A stretch of 63,827 nt of DNA, filler included, from Reticulomyxa filosa (lineage: Eukaryota > Protista > Foraminifera), in NCBI GenBank assembly GCA_000512085.1. It is 13 parts of 13 records of this genome, joined end to end, with 100 filler letters (N's around TTAATTAATTAA, not from the genome) between each part and the next. Parts side by side here need not be neighbours in the genome. Positions count along the whole stretch, not along the records: positions 1 to 2,796 come from ASPP01007425.1; positions 2,897 to 8,819 come from ASPP01016970.1; positions 8,920 to 11,080 come from ASPP01021257.1; 10 more parts are not named here. The stretch is one strand, 5' to 3'. Below the pieces are notes generated by a model, which saw nothing but the letters and a program-made list of their open reading frames with translations, searched no databases and had not been told where the DNA came from. This document shows, piece after piece, positions 1 to 11,180 of this stretch; the stretch's first letter is position 1, and each line of letters opens with the position of its first letter. The translations under genes and the position numbers were made by a program.

Positions 1-329
1 AGGTCTAAATGTTGATTTTTTCATTGAGAAAATCAATTATCATCATAAGATATCGTTTTAGTCGTTCAGTTTTCTTTGCAACATACTGTATTTGAATTTG
101 AAATAAAATATCACAGTTGATATGTTTTCGTCTTAACAGCTGTTTAACATATTTTGTCATCACATTCAATTTTGAAATATTGATCAGCAAACAATATGTT
201 CGCTATCCCCAAATACGAATCAAACCCTTACGTGAACTATATAACACAAATTAATACAACAGCCAATGTTATTCTATTTTAATTGTAAAAATTTCAAACA
301 CGTTACTCCAATATCTCCTTTGATCACAT

Positions 330-1013
330 ACAATTGATTCTTATTTGATCGAATGTTCCAAAAACAAATTGTATTAACATCTGATCTAGAACATATCACA
401 TTTGAATTATCATTACTATTATTTATTACAAATGATATAAACTATCATTTTAAATAGATATAAAACAAGATATTGGATTAAAGAAAGAGTATGTATATTA
501 TCGAATGGAAAATGAAAAGTATATTTGATTATGAACATCGAACAATAATGTTATTTAATGAAAATAAAATCATTACAACTTGAAAATCCAAATTATCATT
601 GGAATTCAAAGTTCATATTCAACATTACAATCTCATTGATATTCATCAACCACATGCCAAGATAATTTATTAAATTGTGTATCAGTTATGAAAGTAAAAA
701 CATATAAATGCCTTTATTAATTATTTTTTACAAACATCTTCCTCATTATTTATCGAAAGGAATAATTTACCATTTAGGTATTGAATTTATTCCATTAAAT
801 CAAAAAATTAAATTCAATCCATTATTCTATGAATATAATTTGCACAAACTTAAAATTATTGGAGATACAGTAAATGTAAAATTGATAAGAAATAATGAAT
901 TGCAGAAGCTGTTTCATGAAGTGATAAAGAATGATTATTTGTGCAATTTACTCAGTGAAAAATGTACGATGGATTTTTTTCATTGCAAAAGTATGATCAC
1001 TTTTGATTTGTAA
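330..1013 (+). pseudogene. Degenerate copy of a lineage-specific hypothetical gene family
   Basis: Broken AT-rich frames including 'IKFNPLFYEYNLHKLKIIGDTVNVKLIRNNELQKLFHEVIKNDYLCNL'. Resembles repetitive Reticulomyxa-type hypothetical proteins from memory only; boundaries approximate. Confidence 0.3.
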
Positions 1014-1649
1014 ATTTTTTAGTGTAAAATTTGTACATTCACTCATATGCTCATTTGATTACAATAGAAAATCTGTATATCCTTGCTTAAGAACATTTAT
1101 GGAAATTAACATTATTGTATCTTCTTCTAATTCTTGTTTTCTTAAATTTTTCAATATCGATATGACATTAGCACAACTTGTTGGATTCGTTTCATCCATA
1201 ATATATTGATTGAAATATTCAAATAAAATTATATAAATAACTTTTCCTTTAGATTAAATTTACAAAGTTGATCATAAACAAATTATTTGTTGTAAGGAAG
1301 ACAAATGTGTAAGATCTAACAGTTATTTTCAATCAAATATGAAACTTATTTATTTCATTCACAAATATCTTACAATTGATTGGTCAAAGAAAAGCACAAA
1401 ATAAGGATTTTAGAATTGTCATTATTGATTATTGCGATGTACAAATATTTTACAAAATGTTTCTTATGTACATTAAAGTTCAGTCAAAAGTTCAAGCAGT
1501 TTTCATCTTTCATCATCAAAGAACATCTCAAGAGAAAACTAAAAAAAGTTACAAGAATGAACTTAAATTTATCAATGAAAGTTGAGTCCAGCTTGTCTTT
1601 ACATTTTTATTCTTTCTTTTAGTTATCATTGTAACACGTAATTTGAAAT

Positions 1650-2796
1650 AGTCAAAAGAAGAAGAAGTCCAAATGATTATTCGTCACTGGATTAGAACAT
1701 TAAACATTAAATTAGGATGGATTAAAGATTTTGACAAATTTGTTATCAATTATGTTAGTTTATTTATTCTTTTCTTAAATGCAAATCAAAACATTACAAT
1801 ATTATTTAACATAGGTGTATACCATCTTCGCATTTTGTTCATCATCCAAATTAATTAAAACATTTACTGGACATACTAGTTGTGTGTGGAGTATTGATTA
1901 TTCAACATTTAATGATTGTCAATTCATTTGTTCTGGATCATCTGATGGAACAGTTTTGTATGGGATGTTGATAACAATAAACAAATTCAATCATTCAATG
2001 GACATTCAAGCCCTGTGCTTTGTGTGAAATTTTCATATTATTGTCGAAATGTCATTTGTTCTTCTTCAAGTGACTGTACCATTCGTTTTTGGGATTTCAA
2101 ACATAATAAGCAATTAAAAATATTCAATAAACACACTGGTAGCGTTTGTGAAATTGAATTTTCACCATTTCATTGTGGTAAATATTTGTGTTCTGGATCA
2201 TCTGACAAAACAATTCGTTTATGGGATGTTGGAACATCAGAACCATTACATGTTTTTAATGGACATACACATATTGTCTTTTGTATTGATATTTCACCAT
2301 TAGAAGGCAATTATCATTGTGATATTAGTAAAAGGAATAAGATTGGTGTGGTGGAAATGGATATATAATTTGTTCTGGATCATTTGATCAAACCATTAGA
2401 ATATGGGATATTGAAACAACAAAACAGCTCAATGTATTTAAAGGACATCAAGATCTGATTAGAAGTGTAAAATATTGATCAAATGAATTATTCAATACAA
2501 TATTATCTGAATCAGATGATAAAAGTGTTCGTTTGTGGGATATTCGATCTGGTAAACAAATGCAAGTGTTTAATGGACATACAAATTATGTATGTTCTGT
2601 TGAATATTCCCCATTTGTAATGAAGATTAGTGATGAAGTTGTTGGTGGTAATTCAAATGTGATATGTTCTGGATCACGTGATAATACAATTCGTTTTTGG
2701 GATATTCGATCGAATAAGAATGAATTGTGTATGATCAAAAGATATGAGAAAGAAGATGATGGAATATGTTGTCTTAAATTTATTGAATTGAAAAAG
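1650..2796 (+). pseudogene. WD40-repeat protein pseudogene (expanded foraminiferan-type family), cut at spacer
   Basis: Leader EEVQMIIRHWIRTLNIKLGWIKDFDKFVINY, then repeated GH...CSGSxDxTIRxWD units. Frameshifts near 1955 and 2350, in-frame TGA at 2476-2478 (KY*SNEL). Confidence 0.9.
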
Positions 2797-2896
2797 NNNN
2801 NNNNNNNNNNNNNNNNNNNNNNNNNNNNNNNNNNNNNNNNTTAATTAATTAANNNNNNNNNNNNNNNNNNNNNNNNNNNNNNNNNNNNNNNNNNNN
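2797..2896. other. Artificial contig spacer N44-TTAATTAATTAA-N44
   Basis: Exactly 100 nt with a six-frame-stop 12-mer; identical at 12 places. Confidence 0.98.
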
Positions 2897-5800
2897 AACA
2901 ACAACAACAACAACAACAATCCATTGGACCCACTGCGCAAAATCTTGCAAAAGGAGCCCAAAGAGCGGGCCGACGAAGAGATCGACGCACTGGTGACTTA
3001 CTTTGACAATTACGACATTATGAGTCAAGACATTGACATATACTCGGGGATATCCACCTTCCGCGCTTTTATCCAAGAGACGCGCTATCGCGAGTATCAA
3101 GCACACAAGCAAATCTTTGCGCAGGGCGATTTGGGCAATGAGTTTTACTTCATCTTGACGGGCAAGGTGAGCGTATTTGTCAACGACGATTTGGCAGACA
3201 TTGACAGCGACGCAGGGGATCATGACCAAGAGCGTGAGAAAATACGTGAAGAGCAAGACAAGGACAAAGCACACCAAGATATAAAAGAAGAAGAAAAAGA
3301 AAAAGAAAAAGGAGAAGAAGAAGAAGAAGAAGAAGAAGAAGAAAAAAAAAAGAAGAAGAAGAAGAAGAAATAGTATCACCGACTTCGGATACAGTAGCGA
3401 TTCATGACCATGATGAGTTTACAAATGAAAAGACACCCACAAATAAGGATAAAGATAAGAATGAAGATGGAGAAAAAAATGAAGATAAAAATAAAGATGA
3501 AGAAAAAAAAGGTGACAATGTGGAAGACGAGGAAAAAGAAAAGCAACCGAAAGAGCCGACATTCGGACTGACGAATGTAAGTGCGTACATGCATCAAGCT
3601 CCGAAGCGCAAGGAGGTGGCGGTGCTGACGTCACACGACTTGTTTGGCGAGTTGGCGGTGAATGGAAATGACAGTCGACGCACAGCGACATGTGCATGTC
3701 AGACAAAAGTGGAAGTGGCGTATTGGACCAGAGAGACGTACGACAAGTACATTAAGCCATTGAAAGACAACAAGCGTAAGGCGTTGCAAGTGTTGCTGGA
3801 CAAAGATAAAAACCCGTTGCCGGAGGAGGAGTTGGTGCAAAAAGCAGCATTGTTTTTGGACGACGCGTTGCAAAAGCGACCGTTGAAGATGCATCGCACG
3901 AGCAAATGGCCACAAATGGTGCATCATTTGATTAACAGCACGTCGTTCACGTTTTGCATGTACGCGACGTCGCTGTTGCTGTTGAGTCTGGCGTTTGTGG
4001 AGCCTCCATGTTATGGGGACTATCGCGAAGGGGGTAGGTATACGCCGCGGATCGGACCACTGTTGGCATTGGAGTGGCTATTTTTCTTTATCTTTTTGAT
4101 GGAGTGTGTACTGCGTATGTATTCGTTTGGAACAAGGTGGTTTTTCGAAACGCCAATGCATAGAGCACGAGTATTGGCATTGTCGATTTTGGGATTGGAC
4201 TTATTGGTGGCGACGAGTCTGCAAGGAAGATCATTCCGTTTCAGTCGAGTGTTTCGACCAATGTTTCTGTTTATCTTCTTGAGGCCATTGCGACAGGCAT
4301 ATTACGTTGCAGTGCGTTGTCTGCCGGCGACAGTGGAGATTTTGTTGTTGACGCTGTTGATCATGGCCATCTTTACAAGATCCGGGATTCACATGTTCAA
4401 ATTCTCCAAAAACTTGTACCGACAGAACAACTTCACACACGGCCAATCACCGTATCACGATTTGGAAGGTCGTTGCAACGCACAGAGCTGCTTCGTTAAT
4501 CAGACCGACTGCTGCTACTTGGATCCTACCATCTTTCAGTCGTTTGACAGCTTTGCACGAGGGATGGCATCTCTGTACACTTTAATGACCACGGAAAACT
4601 ATCCGGATCTATTCTGGCCGACGTGGATGAATAATCACACATATTGGACCTTCTTTGTCATCTTCTTGCTTCTCATGACCTTCTTTCTCATGAATCTATT
4701 CAGTGCCGCCATGTACCACGCGCTGTATCGCATCTTGACCACCAACATTTGGGTGGAGGACGAACGCAGTGAGTCGGAGGCTTTACAGGCGGCATGGACA
4801 TGTTTGGACTCGGATTTTTTGGGGGAACTGTCTCTACATAAGTTCAAACAGCTGATGCGTCATTTGAAACCCAATTACACGGACGTGCAAAACACGGTGC
4901 TGTTTCGATTGCTCGGAGACTCCAATAACACTGGTCTGATCGACGAAGAGCAGTTCAGCATGAACATCCTCAGCATCATGTATCTCAATGTCACCAAGGT
5001 GCAGTCGCGCTCGCACTCGCGCAAGGAGCTGTCCCAAAAGTGTCCGTGCTGCACCAAGCAGCTGCTATTCAATGTCATCCGCATGTTCGAGAGTCGCTAC
5101 TACAACATGCTCAAGTGCATGCTGATCGTCTTGGACTGCGTGGCTTTGCTCGTGTATCACGACGCTTATGCGACATGTTGGATGATCGACACCGTGTTGG
5201 CATTTTTATTTGTCGTATGTACGATATGCGAAATTGTGTTTGTACATAGTCTACGTTGGAGATTGTTCTGGCCAGAGAGCTTGGAGGAAGGATTAATCAA
5301 CAAAGTTGAGTTTGTTATCGATATTGTGCATGTCGCTAGTGCCATTGTCGGCCTCACCGATGACACCACGTGGATTACGGCATTTCGCTTCGTCGCTCTC
5401 GGCAGGGCCTCCGTCATTGCCAAGTTCCTATTCGAAAATGTGCGCGGACTGCGATCCAGCATCAGTCATGTGCTCACCAGGGCCTTTCTTCGTATGCTCC
5501 CTGTGTTCTTTGGTCTGGTCTTGGCCTTTACCGTCGGATTCATGTACGTGTTTGCTATCATTGGCATGGAGCTCTTTAACGATCCCAACAAATTTGGCAA
5601 AGATCGCTGCAACGAGGCGGCCGCGTTAAATCACGATCCCACGGCCACTTTTTGCGATGCTCAAATGACCATCATCACGCTGTTCCATATCTTTTGCAGC
5701 AACAACTGGAATCTGGATATGACCTATGCTGTCAACTACTTTGATAACATGGCCGTCAGCTTGTACTTTATCCTGTTCCACTTTGGCGGCCCTATCTTCA

Positions 5801-6082
5801 TGCTCAACATGCTGCTCGCCGTCTTCTTCGAAATGTACTTTGAAATCTCACAGACGCTGGACTCGGACTGGGGGGCCGTCTTGGACGATAACCCGCAGGA
5901 CGATCCTGCTTATCCCAAGCAGACCGAAGGAGTCGACCCCCACGACGGTCATGAAAAGGACGACAGTCATCACGAAGGACAATTCAACAATAACAATCAT
6001 ATGGATACTGCAAAAGATAGTGCTATGAATATCATCACCACTGTTATTACTACTGATGACAATAATAATAATAATAATAATG

Positions 6083-6134
<52 letters not shown>

Positions 6135-7037
6135 TAACAATAACAATAATAATAATCTTGGATCCTCCAATGATCCGAAACATGCGTTACACACTGCCAT
6201 TGAAATGGGCTCTTCAATGAAAAGCGATCATCATCATGGACAGGAAGTGCACAAGCTCACCACGGCAAAGGACCTCGCCAAACACTTGTATTTAAACTTG
6301 GAGTTGCATAGCCTGGTTTTGCCCACCGGACAAAAGTTTGAAAACACATTCACTGGCAAACAAGCGGTGGAACACTTGGTGTCCAATGGCCTGGCTCCGG
6401 ACACGGAAAATGCTGTCAATATTCTCACACAAATCGTTTCTCACGAGGCATGTGCGGAACGAGTGGACCCCGGGGCGCCCAACGAGTTTGAAAACTTGCC
6501 GACGTCACATTACAAATGGATTGACCCGCAGCTGCTTGCGCCCAAAACTGATCACGGTCATGACCACAAGGACGGAGAACTGAATCGCACCGAAACCGAT
6601 TCCGATCTCTCTTCCAAGTTCCACATTGGCTTGAAACAGTCGTATGGAGGCTATCAGCATATTATGAAACGCACTCACACCATTGAAAGGATGCAAGTTC
6701 CAGGCAACCTTAAAAAAGCACGAACGATGGGAAATTTGTTGGCTGAAAATAAGAAAACTCCTGTTCCTAATCCTGTCGTAGATAAGGATGCTACCACTAC
6801 TTCGGATAATGATCAGGCCAGTAACACTGGTGAAGAAGTGGTATTGATAAACTATTCCTTTTTTTTTTTTTCCTCCTCTCCCCTCTTGTCTCTTTTGTGT
6901 ATACGTAGCTGTGAGAACATATTGCATTGGTGTGATTGTTTGATTACAAGGCACGGACAAAAGGTAGCAATCTACAACCAGACAGGGAGCGAACAGGCGT
7001 TCGGGGAAGTATCTCAAAACCGAAAGACAGTGTGTGA
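2897..7037 (+). CDS. Two-pore-channel-like cation channel with N-terminal cNMP-binding domain, EF-hands and C-terminal DEP domain (gene A, 5' truncated)
   Basis: cNMP domain: IFAQGDLGNEFYFILTGKVSVF...LFGELAVNGNDSRRTATC. Repeat I: LAFVEPP, S4 FRFSRVFRP, pore SFDSFARGMASLYTLMTTENYPD. EF-like loops DSDFLGELSLHKF and DSNNTGLIDEEQF. Repeat II pore TLFHIFCSNNW. DEP: NTFTGKQAVEHLVSNG...AVNILTQIV...FENLPTSHYKW. ORFs 2924 and 3520 join via one frame change at the A-run ~3342-3351. GT-AG intron 6841-6950, stop TGA 7035-7037. Confidence 0.88.
6061..6156 (+). repeat. (AAT)n microsatellite encoding poly-Asn in gene A
   Basis: Directly visible AAT/AAC run. Confidence 0.95.
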
Positions 7038-7676
7038 TATGGAGACTCTGACACTCAGCTTGAATATTTTTTTTTTTTCCCACATCCTCCTTTTACTCTC
7101 TTTTTTTCTTCCCCCCCCTCCCTTCTTTTGTGTGTAAATGGTTGTTTCATGAACTTTCATTGCCGATTTCGTCAAATACTGAAAACAAACTGAGTTGTAT
7201 ATCAGGTGGAAATTTTGTGCTACACAAAATACGAAATAAACAGCGTCTACTTTAGAAAGTCTTTAAAAATTTTTTTCAATACCGTGGAAACAAGGATTTA
7301 TGTTGAGGATTTCTTTTTTCCTTTTTTTTTTCTCTCACAATCTTTTCGGTTTTGAATTGTTTTCTTTTGTGTTGTTTTCTTTCTTTTTTTTTGTTGCAAT
7401 CAGAATGAAATCGCCTTTTTTGATGGGCTGAAATCTTGTTGATTATTGGCAAACGTCATTCATTGTTCATCCTTGTTTCTAAAAAGTGTTTGAAATCCTC
7501 TTGTCATCAGTGGTCAGTACACTAGTGTTGAATTTTGATACAGCAAACAACAAAAAAATATACACACATATTATACCTTCCCCAAATATTATACGTTCGT
7601 GTCCTACCACAGGTTCAATTCAAGTGCTCCCAAGAGTTTTATCCGTTCATCTAACGCTGAAAGGAAGGGAGTGACT

Positions 7677-8682
7677 ATGTTTCTATCGGAAACAGTGGCA
7701 AATTGCATAACAGTGGCAAACGAAGTAACATGTTTCGTGTTGGTTTGGTCTGTTTGGATTGTAACACTAGTAGAGCTAACAAAGGTGAGATCTGAGGAGA
7801 GCAACAACGGATCAAGCAATAGTAGTCGGACAAGTAGCTCAAGGAGTGAGCAAATGAGAAAATGTAACGTCCGCATATTGATGCCATCTTTGTCTCAATT
7901 GCTGTTTTTGTCAGATTTTTTCATCGTTTGCAAAACAACATTCTCGACAATCGACTGGGTATATTACCTTACACGTAAGGAAAGCCATGTCGTGGATAAC
8001 TATTTGATATTGGGCATGGATATATCTTTTGCAATGTCGCTATTGTTTATGCAACTAATGTTTGTGGAACGGTTACGTTCTACTTTAAGGCACAGTACAT
8101 TGGCCTATCCGAAGTGGTCGTACTGGCTGTTGAAAGGTGTTGCAATTGTTATTGCTATGACCCAATTCTTTATTGCTATTTCAGAGTTTTGTGGAATATC
8201 TGACTACGTTGCTTACTCTCTGGTCGTAATATGTATGTTGCTCTTCATTCAAACTCTTTCGGTCACCTATATGTTTTACCGCGCCTTGTCTCAAATCATG
8301 ATTGCTAGTGAAAACGCTGATGACAGTATGGCGCACGCATTGATTCGATTGGTTATTACTTCGCTTTTTGCTTTAGGTATGAATACTCATTTATTAAAAA
8401 AAAAGTCCAATTTTTGACAGATAAAAACACATAGGAAGTACGTCACTTATGTTAATTTTTGGTGCGTTTACATATGCGCTTTGCTGGTGGTGTCCCGTGG
8501 GTTATGTATATTTTTGGCTCTATTCTATTGACTCCGTTATCAATATTGCATGTTTATTGTTCAGTGTTAAATTTGGCAGAAAGTATTACCTCATTATTTT
8601 TGGAACTGTCCATAATTACTTTGTCAATAAGTTTAGAATGAGTAAGATGCTCAAATTTCAATCTAAAATCATACTCTCTTGA
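7677..8682 (+). CDS. Seven-transmembrane (GPCR-like) protein
   Basis: Seven hydrophobic segments; TM3 ends FVERL, TM7 YSIDSVINIACLLF. One GT-AG intron ~8377-8434; stop at 8680-8682. Confidence 0.7.
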
Positions 8683-8819
8683 TTTTTTGCTAGTCGTCAA
8701 TGTGTCATAAAATTGTTAGTTTTGCTATTTTTTCCACTTTGAGAAGGACTATCGATAGTTTTTTTTTGTGTTTTTTTGTTAAGTTTTTTTGCTTGAGTAC
8801 AATAAACCAATGACTAGCC

Positions 8820-8919
8820 NNNNNNNNNNNNNNNNNNNNNNNNNNNNNNNNNNNNNNNNNNNNTTAATTAATTAANNNNNNNNNNNNNNNNNNNNNNNNN
8901 NNNNNNNNNNNNNNNNNNN
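8820..8919. other. Artificial contig spacer
   Basis: N44-TTAATTAATTAA-N44. Confidence 0.98.
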
Positions 8920-9737
8920 AAAAAAAAAAAAAAAAAAGAAACGAATGGCACGCGCTTTTCGTTTCGAAAAAAAAGATTTTATTATTGTTTTGTCGCCTTA
9001 TCACTTGGGCTTCTTGAAACCTGAGCTCCTTGGTTACGCTTGCATTGCTCTCTTATCACACTTGACTCCGTTCCAAACAAATCTTCGTTTTTGTGTGTGT
9101 GTGTGTGTGTGTGGGGGGGGGAGAGTAGATAATGATGTGACTGCGGTTTCTTTGATGACCTATGATTTCAACTCGGTCACTCTGCATGGACCTGGTCCTA
9201 TTGCCCCTTATGGAGTTTGCTTAACTGACTTTTTTTTAGTTGGGCTCGATATTGCACATGAATTACACTTTTTTTTTTTTAGATTGGTGGACGGGGGGGG
9301 GAAAAAAGTGGATGGAACAGGTGCTTTTGTCCGCTTTGCGTGAACTGAAATTAAATGATAAAGGTATGAGCAAGTTGTTGTTGGGAATCAATTATTACGG
9401 CTATCGATTTGACAATGTGGACGAATCGGTGGGTGAAGCGTCTCCACAAGAGAGTGCCCAACAAAATATGAAAAATCCTCGACAGCCTTCTATGGTCACG
9501 TCTGATGTGCTGTTGCGAGAATGTATTGATGAAAACGAAAACAAGGAGGACTGGGCTTGGAAATGGAATTCTTTATATCACGAACATTATTTGTATAATG
9601 CCAAACTCAGGCAAAAAATTTGGTTTCCTTCCTTGTCTTTCCTCGACGCTAGGCTCGCTTTGGCCAAGAAATACGGCACGGGAATTGCCGTTTGGGAATT
9701 AGGACAAGGGTTCTCTTACTTTAACCAACTGTTGTAA
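8920..9737 (+). CDS. CHID1: Chitinase-domain-containing protein 1-like (GH18), 3' part
   Basis: VSLMTYDF, PGPIAP, KLLLGINYYGY, IWFPSL..L..RL.LA, and C-terminal GIAVWELGQGFSYFNQLL typical of CHID1/SI-CLP. Two introns; 5' end lost at spacer. Confidence 0.85.
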
Positions 9738-10065
9738 CTTTTACACAATAATACATTTGTTCGTTGATTGGTGTTTTTATTCGTCACTTTGTATTTTTTC
9801 TTTATAATATCTTTTCTCCCTATCAAACGAACAAAATTCCTTTTTTTTTTTCTTGAATTAAAACAATTTGAATAGTAATCAACATTGTTATATCAAAAGA
9901 TTTACTGTAATAATTCTTTATAAAACGTAAAAAAAAAAGTCAAGCCAAATTTTAATTACTCGTCAGCTTGTGATTTTAAAGGCGTTTGTCTAGGCTCTGA
10001 ACGTACTAGGCAAAGACCCCTTTTTTTTTTTTATTCCCATTGTTTTGCAATAATATTGCAAGCAA

Positions 10066-11012
10066 ATGGCAGGAATTTCAGAAGATCTCTTCATTGAGCC
10101 ACACAAGATCCCACAGCGGTTATTTTGTAGCATTTGTCTGGTGAATAAATTCTGCAAAGAGTCCGTTGTAACCCCTTCCTTTTTTTGTTTTACAAATTTC
10201 TAAAACTTGCGCCAATAAAAAATAGATAAATAAATAAATAAACGCATATGGATAGGATGTATGTAATGAGGCAGTGATAACTCCATGCGAACATTTATTT
10301 TGTGAAGTGTGCCTAAGCACGTATATAAAAACTCGTAATAATCCGTCGAGCGTGGAATGTCCGAATTGCCGCGAGCGATTCGAAGAAGGACAGTCATCCC
10401 CGGCGCAGCTAGCAAGACAAGTAATAGCCGACTCGATGGTATACTGCAGCGTGTTGCCCGAGTGTCGTTGCGGATGGGAGGGGAAATACCGGATGTGGAG
10501 CACACACAAGGAAAAGTATTGCTCAAAGGCATCAGACGAAGAGAAGCAATCAGCGAAGATTGCTAAGACTATGGGAGTGAATAACCTAACGCAGGAGGAG
10601 TTGGAGCTGATGAGCAATCAGAGATTAAAGTCCATTTTACGGGATTACGTGAAATGCAATTCGCAAAACGTGCACGCGGTCAACACGTTTCACCCCAAAA
10701 ATTTTTTAGAAAAACGCGAATTCATTGACGCCATTTTGTCCATTCAGAAGGGGCGACGCGATTCTGCTTCGTCAGCCAATCGCGTTTCTCAACTTCGAGA
10801 TCATGAGCCACCTTGCGTTTCTGATGACACTTGCAGCCCCACAACTGTTGCTCCGTCACAACCATTGCAACCATTGCAACCATTGCAATCGCAGTGGCAA
10901 ACTATGACCATCAAAGAATTAGTTTTGTATTGCAAAGAACATAACATTGATTACAAAGCCAAGCTCAAAGGTGTCATTGAAAAAGATGAATTGGTGCTGT
11001 TGATTCAAAATG
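10066..11012 (+). CDS. RING-finger (C3HC4) protein with TRAF-like Zn motif and two SAP-like helical motifs, 3' truncated
   Basis: Spliced CSICL|DVCNEAVITPCEHLFCEVC...CPNCR (intron 10141-~10255), CRCGWEG...H...C, and motifs RLKSIL...LEKREFIDAI and IKELVLYC...IEKDELVLLI. Confidence 0.8.
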
Positions 11013-11043
11013 GTATTTGCCAACTTTCTTTGTATTTTGCTTT

Positions 11044-11080
<37 letters not shown>

Positions 11081-11180
11081 NNNNNNNNNNNNNNNNNNNN
11101 NNNNNNNNNNNNNNNNNNNNNNNNTTAATTAATTAANNNNNNNNNNNNNNNNNNNNNNNNNNNNNNNNNNNNNNNNNNNN
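11081..11180. other. Artificial contig spacer
   Basis: N44-TTAATTAATTAA-N44. Confidence 0.98.
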
